64,000 nt of DNA, taken from the NCBI GenBank assembly GCA_964016885.1, contig OZ024761.1, forward strand, positions 29,698,001 through 29,762,000. The letters run 5' to 3'. The notes under the pieces were generated by a model. It ran no database searches and had not been told where the DNA came from. It saw only the letters and a program-made list of their open reading frames with translations. The position numbers and the translations under genes are program-made. This DNA comes from Eledone cirrhosa (lineage: Eukaryota). Numbering within the stretch: the first letter of the stretch is position 1; the number at the start of each line of letters is the position of its first letter. This document shows positions 54,396 through 64,000 of the stretch, one piece after another.

Positions 54396-54721
54396 TATAT
54401 TAATTCCTGGTTCATTTCTTAATTGATATACCTCAATATACCATTTAAAAATATATTATATTATTCATGCTCTGAATGGAAGTTTATTGAGACTTTTACA
54501 TTATACATACATATTCTAAATGTATTGATTAAACCGAAAACTAAATTATATATATATATATCTATATACATCTATCTATATATATGGAGTTAGCCACCAA
54601 GAATCAATATTGCCAATTAATCATATTTTTAAGCTCAATGTGTTTATGTCACTATAGAAGGTTATTAAATGATTTAAGAAATCTATTCTATCGTCTTAAT
54701 TTGTTATATATATATATATAT

Positions 54722-55098
54722 ACAGTCAGTAGGCACCTCTTAACCAAAATGCATCCCCGTCCCAACCCTACCCCCACCGCCATCTACACCACCCCTTTTG
54801 ATGTAAAGCTATGTTGGTACCACAACATCCCGTCCTAAATAAATGAGGTCGTGTAGGTGTCACGACAAAAAACACACAGTCTACGCTGTAATGTGGCCGT
54901 GTAGGTAACACGGTAAAAACCTCCCAGTCCACACTGTAAACGTGGTTGGTGTTAGGAAGGGCATCCAGCCGTAGAAAACCCGCCAGACAGTCCTGAGCAA
55001 GACAACCAATCTTGCCTCAAGTGGGACAATTCCCGTCCAGACCCATTCTAGCGTGGAAAATAGACGTTAAACGATGATGATGATGATGATGATGATGA
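54722..55098 (+). mobile_element. SINE-like family A copy (long form)
   Basis: Same core, (ATG)n tail. Confidence 0.88.
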
Positions 55099-55329
55099 TA
55101 TATATATATATACATATATATATATTTACATATCAAACTTTAACAAGAGACAATCTGTACAGAATGTATATATATATATGTGACTGTTGTGGAACTACTT
55201 CTATGAAAATCGTCCCATGGACTGAGTGCTCTGCTACTGCGGATATAACCCACCAGTGGTCTACCACTATATATACATATATATGAAAGAAATATGCTTG
55301 GAACACGATGAGCAAAGCTTTACAATTGA

Positions 55330-55550
55330 CCAAGGTTTGTGAGTGAATTTCTGGCGTTACCTTCGTGAATTACCACCTAACTGACCTGGAGTACGTACAT
55401 GACATCACCCTATTCAGCAACTTGATCAATCAGCTCAGAGACACACTGATCATATACTTGGCGTTCAGGTAAGCTGGGTGAAGACAAAGCTGATGCATGT
55501 CAGCAATGGCCTGGATCCTCCTTTGCTTCATACTGGCCTCGACACCGTGG
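55330..55550 (+). mobile_element. Degenerate LINE RT fragment
   Basis: LTDLEYVHDITLFS (decayed DLEYADD) followed by VSWVKTKLM. Confidence 0.6.
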
Positions 55551-56048
55551 CTTGGTCAGAAAAGGTGTAGCAAGAGGTAGGAGGAAGACAATCATCATTA
55601 TTATCATCATTAAACATTTATTTTTCATGCCTGCCTGCATTAGTCAAGAATGGTGTACCAGGGATGTGGCATGGGCGTAGGTTATACACATTATCATCAT
55701 CGTTAAACATCTATCTTTCATGCCTGTTTGAGCCACACTAGCTGTCACATTTTAAGACTAATTTTATTTTCTCTTGTTAAAGCAGGAGTTGGGCTTTTAG
55801 GCTCCATGAAGGGCTTCAAACCAATCATGGGGTCCTTCTTGGTACACTGTTTTATAGAAAAATGCCCTTCCTAGCACCAACTCTTTTAGTTATCTTATTT
55901 AGTACTCAGTGTTACAGTGTATCTAATCTGAACTGGACGAACACTCACTGCTAATATGAAAATATTTTTGTTTTCAAATTTAATAAATATCACATGTTCT
56001 GGTGGGTGTTTTGAACAATCTTTCTTCTTTTGTCTAGATGGCAATGTG

Positions 56049-56107
<59 letters not shown>

Positions 56108-56867
56108 CAGATAAAAGGAAATAAAAAAGATATGATTAAAAAAAAAGAGAATGACTGGAAGTTTTTGACAACAATAAAAATTAACTTTATGGTTCAATCC
56201 TTTTGAACAAACATGGTGATATGAATAGGAAACAAAATTCTATTGAAATCCTATAATAAATCATTATTACCAATGACCTGATTTCAGATTATATTCACAC
56301 TGGAAATGGAGGTTAGAGAATTAGATAGAAAATGGTGTCCTTGGCCCTAGGACCATCTCACCATCGGCAAAAGGTTGGCTACCCACAGGTGTGAGCCTCG
56401 CAAGCTGGAATGACTCTTCCAATACGTCTTTCCCACCATCCTCCAGGGAAACGCCTTCTCTATTTTGTCCGTCGGGACCACGGGTCAACCAGCACATGGG
56501 TTCTCCCATTTGTATATAATAGTGAGAGAGTTAGAGGCAATGAGTGAAAGAGAGAGAGGGTCAATGCGCACACACACTTGATAAGTCATATCTTTTGTCA
56601 TGTTCAAATAATAAACTAACATAAACAACAAGTGAGCTGGAAAACCCAACTTTACTGCATAAGGATATCTATGTATATGGTGGTGTGGTAAATAAATATA
56701 TACATATATATTAGGTCTGAACATAATTGTTTCTACTTTAGGCACAAGGCCAGCAATTACCCAGTGCATTACTGGTACTTTATTTTATCGACCCCGTAAG
56801 GATGAAAGGCAAAGTCAACCTTGGTGGGATTAGGTATATATGTATACATATATATTAGGTCTGAACA

Positions 56868-56998
56868 TAATAATAATAATAATAATGAAATTATTGTGTA
56901 CAGTGCTCAGGTGCACTACAACTCATCAAAGGTGCATGTATAGTACATAGAATAATGTACAAATGTCAGGAAAATGAACAGTGTATGAGTCATGATAT
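56868..56998 (-). mobile_element. 3' end fragment of the same CR1-like LINE
   Basis: High similarity to 12702-12818, followed by an (ATT)n tail. Confidence 0.8.
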
Positions 56999-57026
56999 AA
57001 TAATAATAAGTGATATAATAATAATG

Positions 57027-57057
<31 letters not shown>

Positions 57058-57119
57058 GGAATCAAATTCCCATTGTAACTCCCTCCTCCTTTCTTTTGCT
57101 CTCCCCATTTCTCACTATT

Positions 57120-57334
57120 ATATGCAAATGGGACTCCACAACGTTGGCCACCCCGCAGTCCCGGCAGATAGAATAGAGAAGGCTGACCAAATGAGGTTTA
57201 TTTTTTCAACATAGTCCCTGGAAAGAAACAATGCAGTTATTAACAAGAATAGTTGAAATTAATGCATGCAAGATTTCACAGCTCTAGCATCACTCCTTCA
57301 TAGTCAGTCTATGAACTTTTCAGCTGACTCTCGT
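57120..57334. mobile_element. mariner-like remnant
   Basis: Right end GAACTTTTCAGCTGACTCTCG|TA resembles a mariner TIR; left end unclear. Confidence 0.45.
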
Positions 57335-57742
57335 AATAAATAATAGTGTGTTCAGAAAGCTGGTCTAATGCAGATAGAAATATAAAGAGGTACTTGGATA
57401 AACACAAAATAATGCTTCTTAGCAAATAAGTTTTATAAGCTGGGACAATGTGGGAGAAAATATCAAAGGCAAATGATAGTGAATGAAACAACACAAAAAC
57501 AAAGTAATGTTTTACCCAATGTATTATAGCATGATATTTCAGGGCTATTACCCTCTTTTCAGTTGCAAATCTGAAACAGCTCGAGTTAGAACAAACCAAC
57601 GATTTGAGCTTTCATCTGTAATTGGTCCTATATGTTGGAAAAATGTATGTGCATGCACATACCTTTCTAACCTATTATTTATTTCTGCTAATTAAAATGC
57701 TTTTTTTTTTTATTTAATTTTTTTTTTTTTTTTACATTTTAG

Positions 57743-58099
57743 ATTTTGAGAAAGCTGCTTCATTTCTCAAGGAGTTTCTGTTAAAACTAAGTGAAGATGT
57801 GGAGTGTGCTGAGCTTCGAGACTCTCTTACATTGGCATTGTTACATATGCAGAAATATTACAGTATCTTACAGTGCCGCAGCAAAGAGAAAAATGCATAT
57901 CAGGCAAATATACTACCCCTGTCTGCAAGACGTTTAAGTCCCATGACCCCGTTTGTTGATGCTCCAGATAAGTTTCTATGGAAATGGATAAATTTGGAAA
58001 GCACCAAACTTCAAAATACTTTACCATATATACTACCAAGCATTATTCAAGCCACAAAAGAAGGAGATATTGAGAGAATTCGAGAGATAATTGTGCAAG
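57743..58099 (+). CDS. Internal coding exon of a second gene, probably an ankyrin-repeat protein
   Basis: Long poly-T tract plus ttttag acceptor, then a 357-nt open phase-1/phase-1 exon (FEKAASFLKEFLLKLSEDVECAELRDSLTLALLHMQKYYSIL...LPSIIQATKEGDIERIREIIVQ), donor G|gtaatt. The last 22 aa fit an ankyrin helix-G-helix pattern. Other exons were not located. Confidence 0.72.
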
Positions 58100-58131
58100 G
58101 TAATTTATTTATACATTACAAACATGTTGTG

Positions 58132-58395
58132 AAGGCACATGGCCTAGTGGTTAGGGTGTTGGACTTGCGATCATCATGTCATGGGTTTGATTTCTGGACC
58201 AGGCAGTATGTTGTGTCCTTGATCAAAATATTTCATTTCACATTGCTGAAAATGACTACCAACAGTAGTTGGGAGGTAATCCTGCAATACACTAGCATCC
58301 TGTCCAGGGAAGAGTCTTGTACTCTTAGTCACTTAACCCTGAAGAAACCTGGATAAACCCCAGCCTGATGAGCTTCCTTTCTTGGGACAGAGTTT
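58132..58395 (+). mobile_element. tRNA-derived SINE (family B)
   Basis: TGGCCTAGTGG box; body shared with the 4255 copy; explains the tail of ORF 57799..58356. Confidence 0.8.
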
Positions 58396-58567
58396 TTAAG
58401 AGTTTTTTTTTCCATAAACATACCAGATAAGGATATATCATTTAACCTTTTTGTTACCATATTTCTAATGAAAAACATTGCCTACAATTTTCAAATCATT
58501 TTTAAAATAAGGAAGAATTTGGAAGGATTTAATAACATAACTCATTGTTATTATTAAGCTGGTGTAA

Positions 58568-58782
58568 GGGCAGTGGATTGGCAGAGTCGGTAAGCATCAG
58601 ACACCATGCTGTTTAACATAGAATTATGGCCCTTTATGGTCTGAGTTCAAATTCCGCCAAGATTAACTTTGCCTTTCATCTTTACGAGGTCGATAAAATA
58701 AAGCACCAGTGATGCACTGGAGTTGATTTAATTGACTTTTCCCTCCCCCAAAATTGCTGGCCTTGTGCCTATAGTAGAAATC
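58568..58782 (+). mobile_element. SINE family C (GCCTTTCATC...GGTCGATAAAATAAAG central domain)
   Basis: B-box-like GAGTTCAAATTCC; related copies at ~44925-45085 (+), ~45310-45450 (-), ~56730-56830 (-), ~58800-58950 (+). Confidence 0.78.
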
Positions 58783-59574
58783 ATTAAGTTGGTGCTAAGA
58801 GGCAGTGGATTAGAAGAATTGTTAAAGTGCTAGACAAATATTTAGCAGTATTTATTCCAGTTCTTTTCATTCTGAGTTCAAATCCTACCAAAGCCATATT
58901 TGCTGCTCATTCTTTCATTTTTGATAAATAAATACCAGTCTACTACTTGGGTCAATTCTTTATCTATATCTTTTTCTCACTTCCTCTTTATCACTCTCAC
59001 AAGGTCATATTTGCCATTCATTCTTTCATAGTCGATAAATAAATACCAGTCTACTACTTGGGTCAATTCTTTATCTATATCTCTTTTTCACTTCCTCTTT
59101 ATCCCTCCCACTCACTCTCTCTTTCTCTGGAAGAAATTGGCTTTGCTCAGACTGAGAGAAGAGATGGGCTCCACTAGAGTATCAAAATACCCAAGACATG
59201 CCCCCATATATCACTATGGCACCCCTACAACTCCATCAAGAGTTACAGGTAAGAAGAAGAAGAAGAAGAATGTACTTAAGAGCTGCAACAATATGCCTAC
59301 AAATGATTTTAAAATTTGATGCATCACAAGCTTGTAATTCTCTATTCAATACATCAGAATTAGGTTAAAATAAATTATTTTCATTATTTTGTTTTATATC
59401 AACCATTTCTAACAAATAGCTTGTTATTCTACTGGCAGAGTTGGCCTGGGAATCAATAAATAAATAAAACAAAGTATGACTACTAACAATTCTTGCAATT
59501 TTATTCACACAAATCTCAAAGTCAGACTAAAAAATAAAATAAAATAAAATATAAAATCTAATAAAAATGTTTCT

Positions 59575-60020
59575 AAAATAATAAATCTAAAGGCATCTTT
59601 TTAAAAATTATAAATCTAAAGACACCTTTTTAAAAAATAATAAATCTACAGACATCTTTTTAAAAATATCAAATCTAAAGACATCTTTTTCAAAAATAAT
59701 AAATCTAAAGACATCTTTTTATAAAATATCAAATCTAAAAACATCTTTTAAAAAAATAATAAATTTGAAGACATCTTTTTAAAAAATAATAAATCTAAAG
59801 ACATCTTTTTATAAAATATCAAATCTAAAAACATCTTTTAAAAAAATAATAAATCTGAAGACATATTTTTAAAAATATCAAATCTAAAGACATCTTTTTA
59901 AAACATAATAAATCTAAAAACATCTTTTTTTAAATATTAAATCTAAAGACATCTTTTTAAAAAATAATAAATCTAAAGACATCTTTTTAAAAATATCAAA
60001 TCTAAAGAAATCTTTTAAAA
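59575..60020. repeat. ~28-bp AT-rich minisatellite (AAATCTAAAGACATCTTTTTAAAA...)
   Basis: About 15 tandem units visible. Confidence 0.92.
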
Positions 60021-60930
60021 GAATCGCTGGAATTACTCTCCTAACTTTTCATCTTCTAAACTAAAAGAAATTGGTTTTATTTTTTATTTTTGTTTATTTT
60101 TTCTGTTTTATTTTTATTACTATTTAATTGAACAGAACTGAAATGTAATTACACAAGTCTGCAGTATAAATTGTAATTAAGTACTAAAGATCTCCTTTGC
60201 CATTGAATTTATTTCATTAGAATTTTGAATCTATGTTTGTTTAAAGTTAACTGCTTCAAAACATGGTTTGTTTGTTTTTTTTAGTATGAAACCTTGTTGA
60301 ACAAGTTGGAGATATAAGCCCCAAGAGACAGAAAAAAAAAAGGGGACACTTTTTTTTCCATCTCTAGGGGATTATACTTTTTAAAGAAAATAATAAAATT
60401 AACATCATTTGATCAATAATTCTATGATTTTAGATGCACCAGCCATCTCTCTCTCTCTATCTATCTGTCTATCTGTCGGTCTCTCTCTTTCTTTTTCACT
60501 ATCTATCTATCTGACTTTCTCTCTCTCCAGAATCCCCTCTTCATTTTTTTTCTTAAAAGATGGGTAGTGTGTTGCTTGAGGAAGATTTGGCTGTTGTTTC
60601 TATCTGGTCAAGTAACCATGTAGAGGCTCTCTTCTCCACAGGGACAGTACTAACCCACAACCCCACCACCACCCAGCAATCAAAGGACATTATCAAAGAA
60701 ACGTAAGAGCGGAGAGAAAGTATATTTTTTCTGAGAGTTTATAAACAAGTCCAGACACGTGTGTAGTTTTCTTGGTCTATCAAATGTAAACACAAGTTGA
60801 AACAAAGAAAATAAAGTTTTCTATATAGGTACGCATATATACACCTACTCACCTGCATAGGTACACATATACACACCTGTACACATAAATACAACAACAC
60901 TTTCTTTACTCTTATAGGCACACATACACA

Positions 60931-61297
60931 TGTAATGGTAATATATGCGAATGGCAAAGCATAAAAGAATGAAGAGTGAGACTAAGCATGAGAGGAATCA
61001 AATGTTTTGTGCAGGAGACGAGATTGCGTTGGTATGGGCATGTGATGTATATGAAGGATGACAGTTGCATAAAAAAATTGCAGAGCACTAAAAGTTGATG
61101 GAAGCCTTGGAGTGGGGAGACCCAAGAAGACCTGGGATGAGGTGATAGAAACTGACCTTGCCCAATTGCACCTCCCAAAGGTGATGACACACGACCGAGA
61201 CCTCTGGCATTACACAGTAATACAGAAGACCCGACTTCCCACGAGTACAAGCTGAAGCTGAAGCATATAGACAATATGCCCCCATGAAAGTAGTCAT
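60931..61297 (+). mobile_element. RTE-clade LINE 3' fragment
   Basis: MRGIKCFVQETRLRWYGHVMYMKDDSCIKK motif. Confidence 0.8.
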
Positions 61298-61788
61298 GTA
61301 GGTGTCAAGTCAAAAAGTTCCCAGTCCACACTGTAAAGTGGTCATATAGGTGCCAGGACAAAAAGCTCCCCTTTCCACACTGTAAAGTGGTCATATAGAT
61401 GTCAGGACAAAAAGCTCCCAGTCCACACTGTAAAGTGGTCATATAGGTGTCAGGACAAAAAGCTCCCAGTCCACACTGTAAAGTGGTCATATAGGTGTCA
61501 GGACAAAAAGCTCCCAGTCCACACTGTAAAGTGGTCATATAGGTGTCAGGACAAAAAGCTCCCAGTCCACACTGTAAAGTGGTCGTGTAGGTGCCACGGT
61601 AAAAAAAGCACCCAGTACTCACTGTAAATGAGGTTGGTGTTAGTAAGGGCATCCAGCTGTAGAAACTGAGCCAAAATCAGTCTTGTATGAGCAAGACATC
61701 GTCACTTGACCTGGCATTGCCCACAACAGGACAACCCGTCTAACCCATGCTAGTGTGGAAACACTGACGTAAAACAGTGATGATGATG
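61298..61788 (+). mobile_element. SINE-like family A copy with internal 48-bp tandem expansion (~6.5 units)
   Basis: CCACACTGTAAAG recurs at 61326, 61375, 61423, 61471, 61519 and 61567, then the family core and (GAT)n tail. Confidence 0.88.
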
Positions 61789-61992
61789 ACTCACCTGCAT
61801 AGGTACACATATACACACTCACTCACCTGTACACATAAATACAACAACACTTTCTTTACTATTATAGGTACACATATACACACTCACTCACCTGTACACA
61901 TAAATACAACAACACTTTCTTTACTATTATAGGTACACATATACACACTCACTCACCTGCACACATAAATATCACAACACTTTCTTTACTCT
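61789..61992. repeat. 65-bp minisatellite
   Basis: ACTCACCTG units at 61821, 61886 and 61951. Confidence 0.85.
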
Positions 61993-62113
61993 TTTAGATT
62001 TCTAAAATTCCTATGGAAGAGATCCGGCCAACCACTTATATAAACAAAGATGTGATGAGAGATAGTGAATTGTTGTGTTTTAGTATGTGTATAATTATGT
62101 ATGTGTGTATATA

Positions 62114-62167
<54 letters not shown>

Positions 62168-62255
62168 AAGAGAAAGAAAGATTAAGATTACCAGTTTTAA
62201 ACTAGCAGAGGACTTGATACTTCGGATAGTAGAGTAGTAGAGTGTAAATATATTA

Positions 62256-62284
<29 letters not shown>

Positions 62285-62287
<3 letters not shown>

Positions 62288-62590
62288 GGAACAAGTATGA
62301 CCCCGACGGCAGAGCTCAAGCCGTTTCGACAGCTAATTCTGGACTAAATAAGAATTTTTGACCAATCATTCTGACAATTACTATCTTCCCATATAAGGAA
62401 TTACCCCCTGAGAAGTTCGGCTATTTATTTACCGGGCTAAAAATTCTTATTTAGTCCAGAATTAGCTGTCGAAATAGCTTGAGCTCTGCCGTCGGGGTCA
62501 TACTTGTTCCTATTACCCACTCTACTACCCTAAGTATTGAGTACTTTGGTGCGTTATGGTCCATCTGGTTCCTTACTACATTTCCTTCGT
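62285..62590 (-). mobile_element. (TA)n-flanked head + hairpin element (75-bp arms 62285-62359 and 62439-62513)
   Basis: Arms differ at 2 positions; head 62514-62590 is nearly identical to 52990-53066. Confidence 0.75.
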
Positions 62591-62659
62591 TATATATATA
62601 TAGACCCATGCTAGCGTGGAAAATGGACGTTAAACGATGATGATGATGATGATGATATA

Positions 62660-62885
62660 CATTGGCATAGCTGTGTGGTTGAGGAGAAATCAGATGTAGT
62701 GTGCAAGAGAGAAGTTTGTGCTCGTATGGTCGTATGGACATGTGATGCATATAGATGATGATCACTGGATGAAGAAGTATTGGGAGACACCAGTGGAGAG
62801 AAGCCACAGTTGAGGAAGACTACAGAAGACCTGGGCCAAGGTAGGGCAAGCTGACCCCATATCACTGAAGCTCACAGATGAGACA
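62660..62885 (+). mobile_element. Degenerate RTE 3' fragment
   Basis: YGHVMHIDDDHWMKK...GRLQKTW remnants. Confidence 0.6.
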
Positions 62886-63305
62886 CAGAATAAGAAAGGT
62901 CTAGAAATGTGTAGCTAAAGACAGACATAAACAGCCCTTTCTCTACACAGAGTAAGAAAAATAGAGAAATGTGTTGCTAAAGACTGACATAGTGTAATAA
63001 AGATGGAGAAATGTTTAGCTAAAGACAGACATAAACAGTCCTTTCTCTACACAGACAAAGACATTGTGTAAGAAAGGTAAAGAAATGTGTAACTTGAGAC
63101 AGACATAACCAGTCCTTTCTCTATACAGACACAGAATAAGAAAAATAGAGAAATGTGTAGCTAAAGACAGACACAGTATAACAAAGATGAAGAAATGTGT
63201 AGCTTAAGACAGACATAAACAATCCTTTCTCTACACAGACACGGATACAGAGTAAGAAGGATCTAGAAATGTGTAGCTTAAGACAGACATAAACAGTCCT
63301 TTCTC
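62885..63305. repeat. Minisatellite (AGAAATGTGTAGCTAAAGACAGACATAAAC...)
   Basis: About 7 imperfect units. Confidence 0.85.
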
Positions 63306-64000
63306 CACCAAAAATGAGCCAGCCTTGTCCTACTTCTGAGAGTAACTGCAATTCCTAAGTATCTAATGCTTGTGAAAGGAATTACTGCACTGACTGGCAG
63401 CAAAATGTTGTTGTTTGCTGTAGATTTGGGTCAGCTCTGGGATTCTTTCTAGTTGTTATTGCTATTGGGGTTCTTTTTTTTACCTTTTTGGTTTAATTGT
63501 AGGGGAGGGGGGTGAGGTGGAGAATTTTTTTTCTTTTATTTGCTGCTGTTGTTGATGAGTTTATGAAGTTAAAGGTATAACAAAGATGAATAATGAGATA
63601 TACCCCCACCTCACCAACAAAATCACAAAATTACAACAACAAAAATAAATAAAACGAAATAAAAACAAAATCATAATTCCATAGACAAGAATAAGATTTG
63701 TTGTTGAGTTAAAAGAAGAATCCATATTAAATAATGGGAGAAAATGTTTGAAATTGCCATTTTATTAATATCTGAAATAATGGTGTGACATAACATGACA
63801 ACAATACAGGATGAGAGGTATAAAGCAGTTTTGTGTAATTCTAATACAACAGATAATTCTTTCAGTGATATTGTCTGTTTGAAATCATTCTCTCTCTATC
63901 TATCTATCTTTCTATCTCACACTTTGTATTGTCCCCTTTTCTTGTGCGCCCTTGTGGCTAATAAAGAAATATATCTATCTATCTCACACTTTGTCTGTCT

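Noticed and set aside
58100-58356. C-terminal part of ORF 57799..58356
   Set aside because: Lies past the GT donor and reads through a tRNA-derived SINE.
61305-61652. ORF with a 16-aa repeat and CRISPR-like periodicity
   Set aside because: Pure 48-bp tandem repeat inside a SINE; no unique spacers; eukaryotic context.

Overview
AT-rich, microsatellite-rich metazoan genomic DNA. The repeat families resemble those of octopus/coleoid cephalopods (inference from recalled repeat motifs). The window holds one complete 7-exon gene on the minus strand encoding a 327-aa serine/threonine protein phosphatase 1 catalytic subunit of the alpha/gamma type: CDS join(7864..7968, 8647..8781, 9414..9637, 11320..11424, 19093..19323, 24733..24864, 50974..51025), all GT-AG introns, intron 1 about 26 kb. 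A CpG-richer promoter region lies near 51.0-51.8 kb. One internal coding exon (57743..58099, +) belongs to a divergently oriented gene and ends in an ankyrin-repeat-like helix pair. The rest is dense with SINE-like repeats, CR1/RTE/HERO-type LINE fragments, Tc1-mariner/pogo, piggyBac-like and hAT MITEs, minisatellites and (TA)n. Highlights: a ~325-bp near-perfect foldback in PP1 intron 1, a minimal type I hammerhead ribozyme motif, a family of (TA)n-flanked 'head + hairpin' elements, a candidate 36-nt mini-exon that could change the PP1 C-terminus, a CRE cluster downstream of PP1, and long direct duplications around retroposon insertions. Most ORF-track entries are spurious.
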